64,000 bases of DNA from Terriglobia bacterium (lineage in GTDB: Bacteria; Acidobacteriota; Terriglobia; 20CM-2-55-15). This document shows, piece after piece, positions 1-11,272 of the stretch (positions are counted from its first letter, which is position 1; each line of letters begins with the position of its first letter). Under the pieces are notes generated by a model. The model ran no database searches and had not been told where the DNA came from. It saw only the letters and a program-made list of their open reading frames with translations. The stretch covers positions 256,001 to 320,000 of the forward strand of contig CBDCLE010000003.1 in the NCBI GenBank assembly GCA_965218585.1, in the 5' to 3' direction. A program made the translations under genes and the position numbers.

Positions 1-4
1 GAGC

Positions 5-1300
5 ATGCCGGACGTCGTTGTTATCGGAGGCGGAATCTCGGGCTTGACCTGTGCCTGGCAGATACGTCGCGCGGGTCTCAACGTTGTCGTCCTCGAGGCG
101 AAGACGCGCCCCGGCGGTGTTATTCAGAGCCATCAGGTTGACGGTTACCTTGTCGAGTCGGGTCCCAACACGATCCTTCCGACGGCAACTGCCTTTGAAA
201 TTCTTCAGGAGACGCGTCTTACAGAAGAGGTTGTCGTTGCGCCGCCGAAATCCCCCCGTTTCATTTACGTAAACGGAAGACTCCGAAAGGCACCATGGGT
301 TCTTTCGCCGCGGGGCGCCCTCCGAGCGCTTGTCGAACCCCTTGTGCCGGGCCGGAGGGACGACGAGGACGAATCGCTGGCGTCTTTCTTTCGTCGGCGA
401 TTCGGAACCCAGGTACATGATCGGCTCGTAGCGCCTTTCGTGAGCGGTGTATATGCTGGGAACACCGAAGAACTGTCGATTGAAGCGACTTTTCCGAGGA
501 TGAAGGAGTTGGAGTCGCGCTACGGCAGCGTCGTTCTTGGCATGCTCCGCGGGTCTGCTTTGAGACCCCGCCCAAAGCTTTCGTCCTTCAAAAAGGGCAT
601 GGAAACCCTGCCCGAAGGCCTGGCACGAGAATTGGATATTCGATATGGTGTCGATGGCACACGGTTAGAACCGGGTCCGATTGTGGATTCCTCAGTAGGC
701 CGTTTCGAGCCTAAGGCTGTGGTCGTTGCCGCTCCGGCTGATAAGGTGTCGGCGTTGTTGACGCCCATCGATCCCGACCTCGGGAACGTTTTTAGGACGG
801 TTCCGTACGCCCCGATCCTCGTCGCGGCTGTTTCGGTCGGCGAGGCTCAGTTGAAGACTCCTCTGGACGGATTCGGTTTTCTTGTGCCCCGAAGCGAGGG
901 TCCGCACACGCTCGGAACACTGTTCAGTTCCAGCCTGTTTCCAAAGCGCGCACCGGAAGGACGGGCCCTATTGACCAGTTTTCTTGGAGGCGCTACCGAG
1001 CCCGACGTCGTTCAGTGGACGGATGAGCAGACGTGGGAGACTGTGGAGTCGGAGCTGAGGCAGATTCTTGGTTTCGAAGGCGGAGTGAAACCATTGGCGC
1101 TGTTCCGCTACACGCGTGCGATTCCTCAATACCACCTCGGGCAGCCGCGTTGGAGAAAGGACGCGATGAAAAGGGTCGAAGAACAGCCGGGCCTTTTTCT
1201 GACCGGCAACTATCTGAGTGGCGTGTCCGTACCTGCGTCGATGGAACAGGGACAACAGACGGCAAATTCTGTCATCGAATACGTTCGGAGGACTTCATGA
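5..1300 (+). CDS. hemG: Protoporphyrinogen oxidase (HemY/HemG type, FAD-dependent)
   Basis: N-terminal GGGISGL FAD-binding motif, ESGPNT, GVYAG, FGFLVP and AIPQY motifs typical of HemY/HemG. Confidence 0.92.
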   Translation: MPDVVVIGGGISGLTCAWQIRRAGLNVVVLEAKTRPGGVIQSHQVDGYLVESGPNTILPTATAFEILQETRLTEEVVVAPPKSPRFIYVNGRLRKAPWVLSPRGALRALVEPLVPGRRDDEDESLASFFRRRFGTQVHDRLVAPFVSGVYAGNTEELSIEATFPRMKELESRYGSVVLGMLRGSALRPRPKLSSFKKGMETLPEGLARELDIRYGVDGTRLEPGPIVDSSVGRFEPKAVVVAAPADKVSALLTPIDPDLGNVFRTVPYAPILVAAVSVGEAQLKTPLDGFGFLVPRSEGPHTLGTLFSSSLFPKRAPEGRALLTSFLGGATEPDVVQWTDEQTWETVESELRQILGFEGGVKPLALFRYTRAIPQYHLGQPRWRKDAMKRVEEQPGLFLTGNYLSGVSVPASMEQGQQTANSVIEYVRRTS

Positions 1301-2316
1301 AACGAACAGCCGGAGAACTGGCCGAATTCCTTGGTGGGCGTCTGGAGGGCTCCCCGCGGGAGTCGATTGAGAACGTCGCCGACCTCGACCGCTCGGTCGA
1401 GGGAGACCTGAGCTATGCGGAACCCCGCTACGCGGATAGAGTCCCCGCAAGTCAGGCTTCCTGCGTTCTGGTATCGGAAGGAGAGTTTCCTACGAAGACG
1501 ACGATCCGGGTCGAGAACCCGAAGGTGGCCTTCGTCCGCGCGGCCGCATGGCTCCTGCCTCCTGTCAGAGCGCGCAAAGGAGTGCACGCGACGGCTGTCA
1601 TCGGTGAAGATGTCAAACTGGCGGATGGCGTGACAGTTGGGGCGCATGCGGTGATAGAGGATGGTGTTCGGATCGGTACTTCCACTGTCGTTTTTCCTGG
1701 ATGTTATATTGCCGCTGGGTGCCAGGTCGGATCCGAATGCGTTATCCACGCAAACGTGGTTATCTATAAACGCTCGGAGATCGGAAACAGGGTAATCCTG
1801 CATGCGGGTGTGGTGATCGGGTCTGACGGCTTCGGTTATGTCCGTGATGGAGACACCCTCCTGAAATTTCCCCAACGTGGAGACCTCGTTATTGAAGATG
1901 ACGTCGAGATTGGTGCAAACACCACCATCGATCGAGGTTCGTTAGGCCGGACCGTCATCGAAAAGGGAACGAAACTGGACAATCTCTGTCACATCGGCCA
2001 TAACGTGCGAATCGGAGGCCGGACTGTAATCGCGGCCCAGACAGGCGTTTCCGGAAGCTGCTCTATAGGGGCCGATTCGATGATTGGAGGTCAGGTTGGT
2101 GTGGGCGAAGGTGCTCAGATCGACGACGGCTCGGTGATCGGAGGCCAGAGCGGCGTGCTTAACGGGAAGCGAGCCCGGGCGGGGACAGTGCTGTGGGGAA
2201 CTCCTGCCCGCCCGTTGAAAGACATTAAGCTTCAGCAGGCCTATGTCGCACGGCTACCCAAGCTCGCGAAGCAAATCAAGCAGCTCCGCGAAGAAGTTCA
2301 ACAACTAAAGAGCTAA
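1297..2316 (+). CDS. lpxD: UDP-3-O-acyl-glucosamine N-acyltransferase
   Basis: Hexapeptide repeats, [18 protein letters not shown] and [11 protein letters not shown] motifs. True start taken as ATG 1297, overlapping the hemG stop (ATGA), not the ORF-track start at 1033. Confidence 0.92.
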   Translation: MKRTAGELAEFLGGRLEGSPRESIENVADLDRSVEGDLSYAEPRYADRVPASQASCVLVSEGEFPTKTTIRVENPKVAFVRAAAWLLPPVRARKGVHATAVIGEDVKLADGVTVGAHAVIEDGVRIGTSTVVFPGCYIAAGCQVGSECVIHANVVIYKRSEIGNRVILHAGVVIGSDGFGYVRDGDTLLKFPQRGDLVIEDDVEIGANTTIDRGSLGRTVIEKGTKLDNLCHIGHNVRIGGRTVIAAQTGVSGSCSIGADSMIGGQVGVGEGAQIDDGSVIGGQSGVLNGKRARAGTVLWGTPARPLKDIKLQQAYVARLPKLAKQIKQLREEVQQLKS

Positions 2317-2321
2317 TACGT

Positions 2322-3332
2322 ATGAGTGCAATAAAAACAGTTCAACAACATATCCTCGATGAGGAACGTCAACATCCTGAAGCGAGCGGTGATTTCACTT
2401 CCTTACTTACGAATCTGACGGTTGCCGCCAAGATCATTTCCCGAGACGTCAACCGTGCAGGATTGGCTAAGACGGTTCTGGGCGAAACCGATAGCGTTAA
2501 CGTGTACGGCGAAACCGTCATGAAGCTGGACGAGTTTGCCGACCAGACCATCTACAAGGCCATGGGGAGCTGCGGAATGCTCTGCGTTATGGCGTCGGAG
2601 GAGTCCGATGGGATTATCGTCCTGCCGGACGGGAGTCCAAGAGGTAAGTACGTTCTTCTTCACGATCCCCTGGACGGATCCTCTAACATCGACGTCAATA
2701 CGAGTATCGGGACCATTTTCTCGATCCATCGGAGAATTTCAGACAGTGGCGACGGCACTGAGGCCGATTGTCTCCAGCCCGGATACAAGCAGGTTGCCGG
2801 CGGTTATTTCATCTACGGATCGAGCACGATGATGGTTTACACGACGGGGAACGGCGTTCACGGGTTCACGCTGGATCCCGCGCTGGGTGAGTTCCTCCTG
2901 TCGCATGAAAACATACAGTGTCCCAGGAAAGGCAAAATCTACAGCGTCAACGAAGGAAACGAGTCCAAGTGGGACGACGCTACCAGGGCGTATATCCGCC
3001 ACCTGAAGGAGAAGGATGACGACGACGGACGGCCCTATTCGATGCGCTACATTGGATCGTTAGTCGCCGATTTCCATCGGAATCTCTTGAAGGGTGGAAT
3101 CTTTCTTTATCCAGGGCCCAAGGCCAAGCTGCGTCTTCTGTATGAAGCGGCCCCCCTGGCCATGGTCGCCGAACAGGCCGGTGGGCTGGCCACAACCGGA
3201 ACCGAGCGCATTCTGAATGTGCAACCGGATTCGCTCCAGATGCGGGTGCCTTTGATTATTGGAAGCCACGACGACGTTCTCAAGTACCAGGAATTTGTCG
3301 GGGTGGAGGTTGCTACGGGAGAATCTGCCTAA
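2322..3332 (+). CDS. fbp: Class 1 fructose-1,6-bisphosphatase
   Basis: DPLDGSSNID, YSVNEGN, RYIGSLVADFHR and KLRLLYEAAP motifs. Confidence 0.96.
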   Translation: MSAIKTVQQHILDEERQHPEASGDFTSLLTNLTVAAKIISRDVNRAGLAKTVLGETDSVNVYGETVMKLDEFADQTIYKAMGSCGMLCVMASEESDGIIVLPDGSPRGKYVLLHDPLDGSSNIDVNTSIGTIFSIHRRISDSGDGTEADCLQPGYKQVAGGYFIYGSSTMMVYTTGNGVHGFTLDPALGEFLLSHENIQCPRKGKIYSVNEGNESKWDDATRAYIRHLKEKDDDDGRPYSMRYIGSLVADFHRNLLKGGIFLYPGPKAKLRLLYEAAPLAMVAEQAGGLATTGTERILNVQPDSLQMRVPLIIGSHDDVLKYQEFVGVEVATGESA

Positions 3333-3363
3333 AAAATACCGGGACCTTCCGGCCCCGGCTTTT

Positions 3364-3422
3364 GTAGGTGCGCTCTGTGAGCGCACAACTCGGGATGCCG
3401 TGCGGTCATAGACCGCACCTAC
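3364..3422. repeat. GTAG-family REP doublet (REPIN-like) between convergent fbp and pilB-like genes
   Basis: GTAGGTGCGCTCTGTGAGCGCAC (3364-3386) and an inverted GTGCGGTCATAGACCGCACCTAC (3400-3422), each an internal palindrome with a GTAG foot. A 26-bp segment recurs exactly at 11134-11159. Confidence 0.8.
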
Positions 3423-3424
3423 AG

Positions 3425-5515
3425 CTATTCTGCGATCGAAATTACGCCGAGAACCGCTTCCATTGTCGTCAGCCCCTCTTTGAGGAGGTATTCCGCGTAG
3501 TTTTGAAGCGTCACCATCCCATGCTTCACGGCACAATCCCGGACTTCATCGGACTTGGCTCCAGATGAAACCAGGCGCCGGAGTTCGTCGTTCATGAGGA
3601 GTACTTCGTAGACCCCGACACGCCCCTTATACCCGTTTCCGCCACAGTTGTCGCAACCTTTGCCTTTGTAGAATGTCGGCAGATCGTCCATGTCGTAGCC
3701 AAAGAACTTGGCGGTCGCTTCGTCAGGCTTGGTTTCTTCCTTGCATTTCGTGCAGATTCTACGGGCTAGGCGTTGTGCAAGGATGCCGATCGTTGAACTC
3801 GACATCAGGAACGGTTCGACACCCATTTCCTCGAGACGGGTGAACGCACCCGGAGCGTCATTCGTGTGCAAGGTCGTGAACACGAGGTGGCCCGTAAGAG
3901 CGGCTTCAACGGCAATCCCGGCTGTTTCCTTGTCTCGCGTCTCGCCGACGAGGATGACATCGGGATCCTGTCTGAGGAAGGCACGAAGCACACGGGCGAA
4001 ATCGAGGCCAATGTCCTTGTGCGTCTGGATCTGGTTCACACCTGCCAGGTCATATTCGATCGGATCTTCTGCCGTCGAGATATTAGTGCCCGGGGAGTTG
4101 ATCTCACCCAGCGAGCTGTACAGCGAAGTTGTTTTTCCCGATCCGGTCGGTCCGGTGACATAGATGATGCCGTAGGGCTGATTGATCATCCAGCGGACCT
4201 TCTCCATCGTTTCCTGATGGTTGATGATCTTGTCTAGTGGGAGCAGAGAAGCGCTCTTGTCGAGAATGCGCATGACGATCTTCTCGCCGAATTTTGCGGG
4301 AACCGTGGAGACCCGGAAGTCGATGCCCCGATCCTCGAACTTGATCGAGATGCGACCGTCCTGCGGAAGCCGTCTTTCGGAAATGTCCAGGCGCGAGAGG
4401 ATCTTGAAGCGTGAGATCAGCGGGAGCATGATTTTTCGCGACAGAACATTTTCCACTCGAAGGGAGCCATCTATTCGGAGGCGAACCCGCACCCCCTCTT
4501 CCTGCGGCTCGAGATGGATGTCACTGGCGCCCTTCTTAATCGCGAGCGCCAGGATGTTGTTGGCCAGCCGTACAACAGGCGCATCTCCCGATGCGGACTG
4601 GAGCTCGGTTTCCGACGGTTTTTCTTCTTCCTCCTCCTGAACCTCGATGCCACCCAAAATTTCGGCTTCCAGGTCTTCCAGATTCTCCTGCCGCATCTCG
4701 GAAACCGCAGCGTCCGCTTCTTCCTTCTGTTTCTTTTTCTTTCTTTCGAGGTCTTTCTTGAGTTTCTCGGATTGTTTTTCCTTGTCGACTTCCTCATCGA
4801 GATTCATCAACCTCGGATATTCGGCGGACATGAACTTCGAGAATTCTTCTTCTGTACAAACCCGGGGTTCGATGATGACGCCCTTGACGTAGCGGCGGAC
4901 GTCGTCGAAGGCCACAAGGTTCGATGGGTTCACCATCGCGAGCGTGAGGGCGTTGTTCGCGTAGGCGATCGGCACCACTTTATGTTGTGTGAGGATGTTC
5001 TGGGGAATCAGGCCGACGACTCGGGGATCGAAGTTGATGTTCTTGGTCAGGCTGACGTACTCAACGCCGACCTGTTTGTTGGCCTCTTCGAGTCGGTCTG
5101 CCAGGATTCTGGCCAGTCCTAGGGAAATTTCTGGGTACTGAGTCAGAAGATTGCGAAAATCCGTGCGGGTCAGTGTGTAGACGGTGGTCGGTTCGACGGT
5201 GTTTACGCTGGCGGAGCGCGGTTTTCCCGTCAATAGGGACATTTCGCCAACTGCGGCCCCGGGGCCCAACTGTGCCACAAGGAAATCGATGCCTGTGACC
5301 GGGTCCTTTTTGCGAACTTCTACGGTCCCGTCCTTGATGATGTACATCGAGATGCCCGGCGCGCCCTCGCGCATGATGCTCTCTGACGGGGGGAACTCGG
5401 TGGTTTTGAGGCACGTTCCGAGTTTTGTCAGGCTTTCCTCGGGTAGATCCTCGAAAAGGCTGACGTTCTTGAGAAAACCAACGAGCTGATCTGATTCGGC
5501 TACTGTTGTCGACAT
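3425..5515 (-). CDS. PilB/GspE-family secretion/pilus ATPase with N-terminal cyclic-nucleotide-binding domain
   Basis: N-terminal cNMP domain (GEMSLLTGKPRSASV), T2SSE_N-like segment, ASDIHLEP, RRLPQDGR, Walker A GPTGSGKT, Walker B LRQDPDVILVGE, His box GHLVFTTLH and tetra-Cys CTKC...CDNC. Confidence 0.93.
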   Translation of the reverse strand: MSTTVAESDQLVGFLKNVSLFEDLPEESLTKLGTCLKTTEFPPSESIMREGAPGISMYIIKDGTVEVRKKDPVTGIDFLVAQLGPGAAVGEMSLLTGKPRSASVNTVEPTTVYTLTRTDFRNLLTQYPEISLGLARILADRLEEANKQVGVEYVSLTKNINFDPRVVGLIPQNILTQHKVVPIAYANNALTLAMVNPSNLVAFDDVRRYVKGVIIEPRVCTEEEFSKFMSAEYPRLMNLDEEVDKEKQSEKLKKDLERKKKKQKEEADAAVSEMRQENLEDLEAEILGGIEVQEEEEEKPSETELQSASGDAPVVRLANNILALAIKKGASDIHLEPQEEGVRVRLRIDGSLRVENVLSRKIMLPLISRFKILSRLDISERRLPQDGRISIKFEDRGIDFRVSTVPAKFGEKIVMRILDKSASLLPLDKIINHQETMEKVRWMINQPYGIIYVTGPTGSGKTTSLYSSLGEINSPGTNISTAEDPIEYDLAGVNQIQTHKDIGLDFARVLRAFLRQDPDVILVGETRDKETAGIAVEAALTGHLVFTTLHTNDAPGAFTRLEEMGVEPFLMSSSTIGILAQRLARRICTKCKEETKPDEATAKFFGYDMDDLPTFYKGKGCDNCGGNGYKGRVGVYEVLLMNDELRRLVSSGAKSDEVRDCAVKHGMVTLQNYAEYLLKEGLTTMEAVLGVISIAE

Positions 5516-5550
5516 AATTGCGTCGCAAAAGACCCTAGTTCGACAGAAGT

Positions 5551-5580
5551 AGTCTATTCTCCGCTGCTTTTAAAAGTCAA
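5551..5580 (-). promoter_or_regulatory. Putative sigma70 promoter of the cNMP-PilB gene
   Basis: Minus strand TTGACT-N18-TAGACT, ending 35 nt upstream of ATG 5515. Confidence 0.55.
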
Positions 5581-5681
5581 CGTTCACGATAGGTCCGGGC
5601 CGTTTTAACTTACGGGATCAAAGGGTACTTAGTCGGACGAACACGCAGTGTCAGGTACGGTGGGGTCTTCAATAGAGGAGC

Positions 5682-6032
5682 CTAGTCGGTGCCTTTCCGG
5701 AGGTCCTGTTTCCAACCGAGAACACGCGCGACGTTCCCTTCGCGCTCGGCTTCTTCGATCAGACCCTTCGCCTGATAGAACATAGAGAGGCTGGTATGCG
5801 CCAGCGGGTCTTCAGGGTCGAGTTCCGTGAGCCGTTTGGCTGTACTGATAGCTTCGTCCACTTTTCCACTGTCGAACTGGGCTCGGGCTAGGCCGTGGAG
5901 AGCGTCCTGGTAGTCCGGATCAATGGCTAAAGCCTTATTGTAGCGTTCGATAGCCTCGTCCAACTTGTTGTCACCAAAGGCTTCGACGGCCTCGATGAAG
6001 AGATCTTCCTTGTCGATTTCGAGTTCTCCCAC
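5682..6032 (-). CDS. Small tetratricopeptide-repeat protein
   Basis: About three TPR helical pairs (AIERYNKALAIDPDYQDA, ELDPEDPLAHTSL). GTG start preceded by a GGAGG Shine-Dalgarno. Confidence 0.85.
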   Translation of the reverse strand: MGELEIDKEDLFIEAVEAFGDNKLDEAIERYNKALAIDPDYQDALHGLARAQFDSGKVDEAISTAKRLTELDPEDPLAHTSLSMFYQAKGLIEEAEREGNVARVLGWKQDLRKGTD

Positions 6033-6094
6033 AGTTGCCTCCTAGTCGGGCCCATTCTACTTTAGTACCTGCCCGATGACATAGAGAGCTGAAG

Positions 6095-6177
6095 AAATCA
6101 AACGCAGAGGCGCAAAGGTCGCAGAGGCCGCAGAAAAATCAAACGCCACATTCTCTGCGTCCGAGCGCCTCTCGGTT
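6095..6177. repeat. Imperfect CGCAGAG-iterated palindromic repeat
   Basis: AACGCAGAGGCGCAAAGGTCGCAGAGGCCGCAGA ... TTCTCTGCGTCCGAGCGCCTCTCGGTT forms an imperfect hairpin, plus a direct repeat of AAATCAAACGC. Confidence 0.6.
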
Positions 6178-6191
6178 GTTCTTTTCTCGGC

Positions 6192-7434
<1,243 letters not shown>

Positions 7435-7442
<8 letters not shown>

Positions 7443-8655
7443 AGCGCAACGCCGTAATAGGATCCAGCCGTGCGGCCTTCATGGCCGGCCAGATTCCGAA
7501 AAAGAGTCCAACGCCCGTAGATACCGCGAGTCCGAGCATCACGGCCCACCATTCGATCGCAGACGGCATGCCTGTCAGGGCAGAGACACTCGTCGCTATG
7601 GCAATGGCCAGTAGAACCCCGACAATTCCTCCAACGAGGGCGAGCGTCGCCGACTCGATCAGAAACTGACGGAAGATATCCGTCCTTCGGGCTCCTGTAG
7701 CCTTTCGTATGCCAATCTCGCGGGTGCGTTCGGTCACCGAGACGAGCATGATGTTCATGACAACGATGCCGCCCACAACGAGTGAAATCGAAGCTATGGC
7801 GACGGTTACAGCAAAGAAAGTCCGGCTAATGTTTGCCCACAGTTCCAGAAATGTTTGGTTTGTGGCGATCGCAAAGTCGTCTTCGTCGGCATAACCGACG
7901 TGACGTCTGGCCCTCAGGACGGCGCGTGCCTGGTCTGCCGCAGGTTCAATGCTTTCTTCACCATCTGCTTTGGCGTAAATCCGCACTGACCGCCGGGGGC
8001 CCCATATGCGCTGGAAGGAACTGATTGGAATGGCGATCCAGTTGTCCCGAGACTGTCCCATCAGTGATCCCTGACGTTCTCCGACACCGACGACCTCGAA
8101 TTCCCGGTTGTTGACCAGCAGCATCTTTCCGATCGGATCCACGAACGGAAACAGGTTGTCGGCAACGTCCGCGCCGACGACGGCTACCCGCCGACTGTGA
8201 CGCACGTCGTAGTCGGTGACATTACGCCCGTCCTCGAGGTTCTCCGAGAGGATCTCAGGGATTTCAGGGGTAATTCCCCTGACCTCGGTGTTGTCTAAGA
8301 ACTGGCGTCCATATTTGACTTGTGCTCTGGAAGCGAGCCGCCCGCCCACCATCAGGCAATCTTTGCAGTTCTCGCGCACCGCGTCCGTATCGTCCAGCAA
8401 AAGGTTCTTCCGCTGCCGGATCGTGTTCCAGTCGGCCGGATCGATCACGATCGGAGGCGTGCGGTTGATGATGAATACATCTCCGCCCAGATCGAACACC
8501 TCTTCGGCGACGAATGCGTTCAAACCGGCAACAAAGGAAATCACCGTGATGACAGTCATTACGCCGATGACGATTCCGACCAAAGTCAGAGACGATCGAA
8601 GACGGTTCACCCGCAAAGATTCCAGTGCGATCCTTATTGCTTCGCCAACGTTCAT
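7435..8655 (-). CDS. ABC transporter permease, MacB/FtsX type (paralogue)
   Basis: RSSLTLVGIVIGV, VMNIMLVSVTERTREIGIRKA and PAMKAARLDPITALRYE; overlaps the next permease by 8 nt. Confidence 0.93.
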
Positions 8656-8719
8656 ATGACTACTAACGTAACAGATGGGCCAAAAGATCCCATAAATAAG
8701 AAGAGTCGAGGGTGGATAG

Positions 8720-11080
8720 CTAACCCTTAGGGCCGCGGAATTTTTCCTGAAGCTGCCGGATTTTTTCTTCCATCGACAGTTCGGGCTGGGGCGGTGGCTT
8801 CGGCCGTCTTTTCGTCCTGACAGCTGCTTCCTTTATCCGGGGCTTGCGGTCGGAAGATCTGCGCGGGTCCTCGCCAGGCTTTCCTCTTGATTTCGGCTTC
8901 GCTCTGGGTTGTGGCTTCGGACGAGGTTTTGGCTTGGGCTGGGTTGCTTTTACCGACAGGCTTATACGTTTGAGTGCCGCATCGATCCCGATCACTTTTA
9001 CCTTCAGGACTTCACCCACGTGGACCTTCTGCCGGGCGTCAGAAACGTAATGATGCGAAAGCTCGGAGATATGGACCAGACCGTCCTGATGAACTCCCAG
9101 ATCGACAAACGCGCCGAAGTTCGTGACGTTCGTCACCGAGCCTTCCAGTTCCATCCCTTCCTTCAGATCGGTGATCTCCCTGACGTCATCCCTGTACTTC
9201 GGGACTGCGAACGCTTTTCGGGGATCCTGTGCGGGCTTGAGTAATTCTGTTCGAATATCGTTCAGTGTGAACCGGCCGGCTTCCTTCTCGAAATTTGAAA
9301 ATTCGATTGTGCCTATTCGATCTGGATTTTCCACCAGGTCAGCTGTGGTCAGCTCGACCGATTCCGCCAGTTTCTCAACGAGCGGGTAGGACTCGGGATG
9401 GACCGAGGTCCGGTCCAGCGGATTGGATCCATCCTTGATTCTCAGGAACCCGGCGGCCTGTTCGAAGGTCTTGTCTCCAAAACCGCTGACCTCGGTGAGT
9501 TTTTCCCGGCTCGGAAACGCCCCATGTTCATCGCGGTATTGAACGATCGATTGCGCCAGTCGTTCCGATATCCCGGATATGTACTTCAGCAGATCGACAG
9601 ATGCAGTGTTCAGATCTACACCGACGGTGTTCACGGCCGATTCCACCGTCGCGTTCAGGCTGACTTTCAGTTTTTTCTGATCGACGTCGTGCTGGTACTG
9701 TCCGACCCCGATAGACTTCGGGTCAATCTTGACCAATTCGGCGAGCGGATCCTGCAAGCGTCTCGCGATGGATATGGCTCCCCGGATTGTCACGTCCAGT
9801 TTGGGGAACTCTTTCCGCGCTAGTTTGGAAGCCGAATAAACCGAAGCGCCCGCCTCGTTGGTGACGACTGTGAATATATCCAGTTTGTGTTTCTCCACCA
9901 TTGATCGGATGAAGGCTTCCGTTTCTCTCGATCCGGTACCATTCCCAATGACGAGTCCACGGACAGTGTGCCTGGTGATCAGATCGAGAAGAATCTTCTC
10001 CGCTGCTTCAAGATCCTTCTTTGGTTCCGACGCGAAAATTGTCTCGTGTTCCAGAAACTTTCCAGTCGGATCCACAACCGCGAGCTTAGAACCCGTTCGC
10101 AACCCGGGATCGACACCCATCACTCCGATCTGTCCGGCCGGTGGGGCGAGCAGCAGGGAACGGAGGTTTTCCTCGAAAACCTTGATTGCTTCGTTTTCAG
10201 CCCTGTCCCGGAGGTCGGAGCGGATCTCGTTCTGAATCGAGGGTTCCATAAGCCGGTGGTAACCGTCTTCGATAGCCTGATTCATCATCGTTCCGTACGG
10301 GGAGTCGGGCTTAATATCAAACCGTAACTTCAATTCTGAAAGAGCCTTTTCGTGGTCAATCTGAATTGAAAAGGTCAGCACTTTTTCGCGCGCGGCCCTA
10401 CGGACTGCAAGCATTCGATGCGACGGGATGCGAGCCACCTTTTCGTCGTAGTCGTAATACATCGAATACTTCGTCTTTTCCTCTTTCTTCGCTTTGGTTA
10501 CCCGGGCCTGGACCGTTCCTTCTTTGAACATGGTTGCCCGGAGCCATTTCCGATCGTCCGTGCGTTCGGCCACGCGGTCGGCAACGATATGAAGAGCCCC
10601 CTCGATCGCGGAATCCACCGTCGGCACCCTTCGTTCGAAACTCAGGAATCCGAAAGCGCGTTCCTCCGGCGAGTTGGAGTCGTCCTGACTTTGAATAATG
10701 TCCGCTAGAGGTTCGAGTCCCTTTTGCCGCGCGATACTTGCTTTCGATTTTCGCTTGGGTCGATAAGGTAGATAGAGGTCTTCGAGTTCGTTCTTCGAGT
10801 AACAATTGAGGAGTTTGTCGCGCAAATCCTCGGTCAGCTTCCCGTGTTCCTCGATGGCCGAAACGATAGCCTGGCGCCTTTCTTCCAGTTCGCCGTAGTA
10901 GATGTACCGGTTCGCGATTTCGCGAATCTTCACCTCGTCCAGATTGCCTGTTGCCTCTTTTCGATAGCGCGCGATGAACGGTATGGTGCCGCCCTCAGCG
11001 ATGAGGTGGATCGTGGCTTCGATTCGGGGCAGAGAGACACCGACCTCTTCGTTGATCCGGCGGGTGATTTCAGAACTCAT
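8720..11080 (-). CDS. tex: Tex-family RNA-binding transcriptional accessory protein
   Basis: TIPFIARYRKEATG, LEDLYLPY, GVDPGLRTG, EAGASVYSAS, SIGVGQYQHD and a C-terminal S1 domain (FGAFVDLGVHQDGLVHISEL). Confidence 0.95.
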   Translation of the reverse strand: MSSEITRRINEEVGVSLPRIEATIHLIAEGGTIPFIARYRKEATGNLDEVKIREIANRYIYYGELEERRQAIVSAIEEHGKLTEDLRDKLLNCYSKNELEDLYLPYRPKRKSKASIARQKGLEPLADIIQSQDDSNSPEERAFGFLSFERRVPTVDSAIEGALHIVADRVAERTDDRKWLRATMFKEGTVQARVTKAKKEEKTKYSMYYDYDEKVARIPSHRMLAVRRAAREKVLTFSIQIDHEKALSELKLRFDIKPDSPYGTMMNQAIEDGYHRLMEPSIQNEIRSDLRDRAENEAIKVFEENLRSLLLAPPAGQIGVMGVDPGLRTGSKLAVVDPTGKFLEHETIFASEPKKDLEAAEKILLDLITRHTVRGLVIGNGTGSRETEAFIRSMVEKHKLDIFTVVTNEAGASVYSASKLARKEFPKLDVTIRGAISIARRLQDPLAELVKIDPKSIGVGQYQHDVDQKKLKVSLNATVESAVNTVGVDLNTASVDLLKYISGISERLAQSIVQYRDEHGAFPSREKLTEVSGFGDKTFEQAAGFLRIKDGSNPLDRTSVHPESYPLVEKLAESVELTTADLVENPDRIGTIEFSNFEKEAGRFTLNDIRTELLKPAQDPRKAFAVPKYRDDVREITDLKEGMELEGSVTNVTNFGAFVDLGVHQDGLVHISELSHHYVSDARQKVHVGEVLKVKVIGIDAALKRISLSVKATQPKPKPRPKPQPRAKPKSRGKPGEDPRRSSDRKPRIKEAAVRTKRRPKPPPQPELSMEEKIRQLQEKFRGPKG

Positions 11081-11101
11081 GAGCTTAAGAATTAGGATGG
11101 C

Positions 11102-11183
11102 AATTCGGGGTATCGGGATCTTTTCTAATACAACGTGCGGTCATAGACCGCACCTACAGTTGAAAAGATCCCGCTACCCAATT
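11102..11183. repeat. Single GTAG-family REP nested in a larger inverted repeat upstream of tex
   Basis: REP GTGCGGTCATAGACCGCACCTAC (11135-11157) is flanked by arms GGGTATCGGGATCTTTTC and GAAAAGATCCCGCTACCC. Confidence 0.72.
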
Positions 11184-11272
11184 CGCAGTATGCAGTAGGA
11201 TGCGACTGGGACGCAACAGCATACGATAAGCGGTCTGCGCTTCATCCTTTTCAAAAGGAAAAGGAATCTCTC

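Noticed and set aside
1033-1296. 88-aa N-terminal extension of LpxD in the ORF track
   Set aside because: Overlaps hemG. LpxD similarity begins at MKRTAGELA (ATG 1297), which has a GGAGG Shine-Dalgarno.
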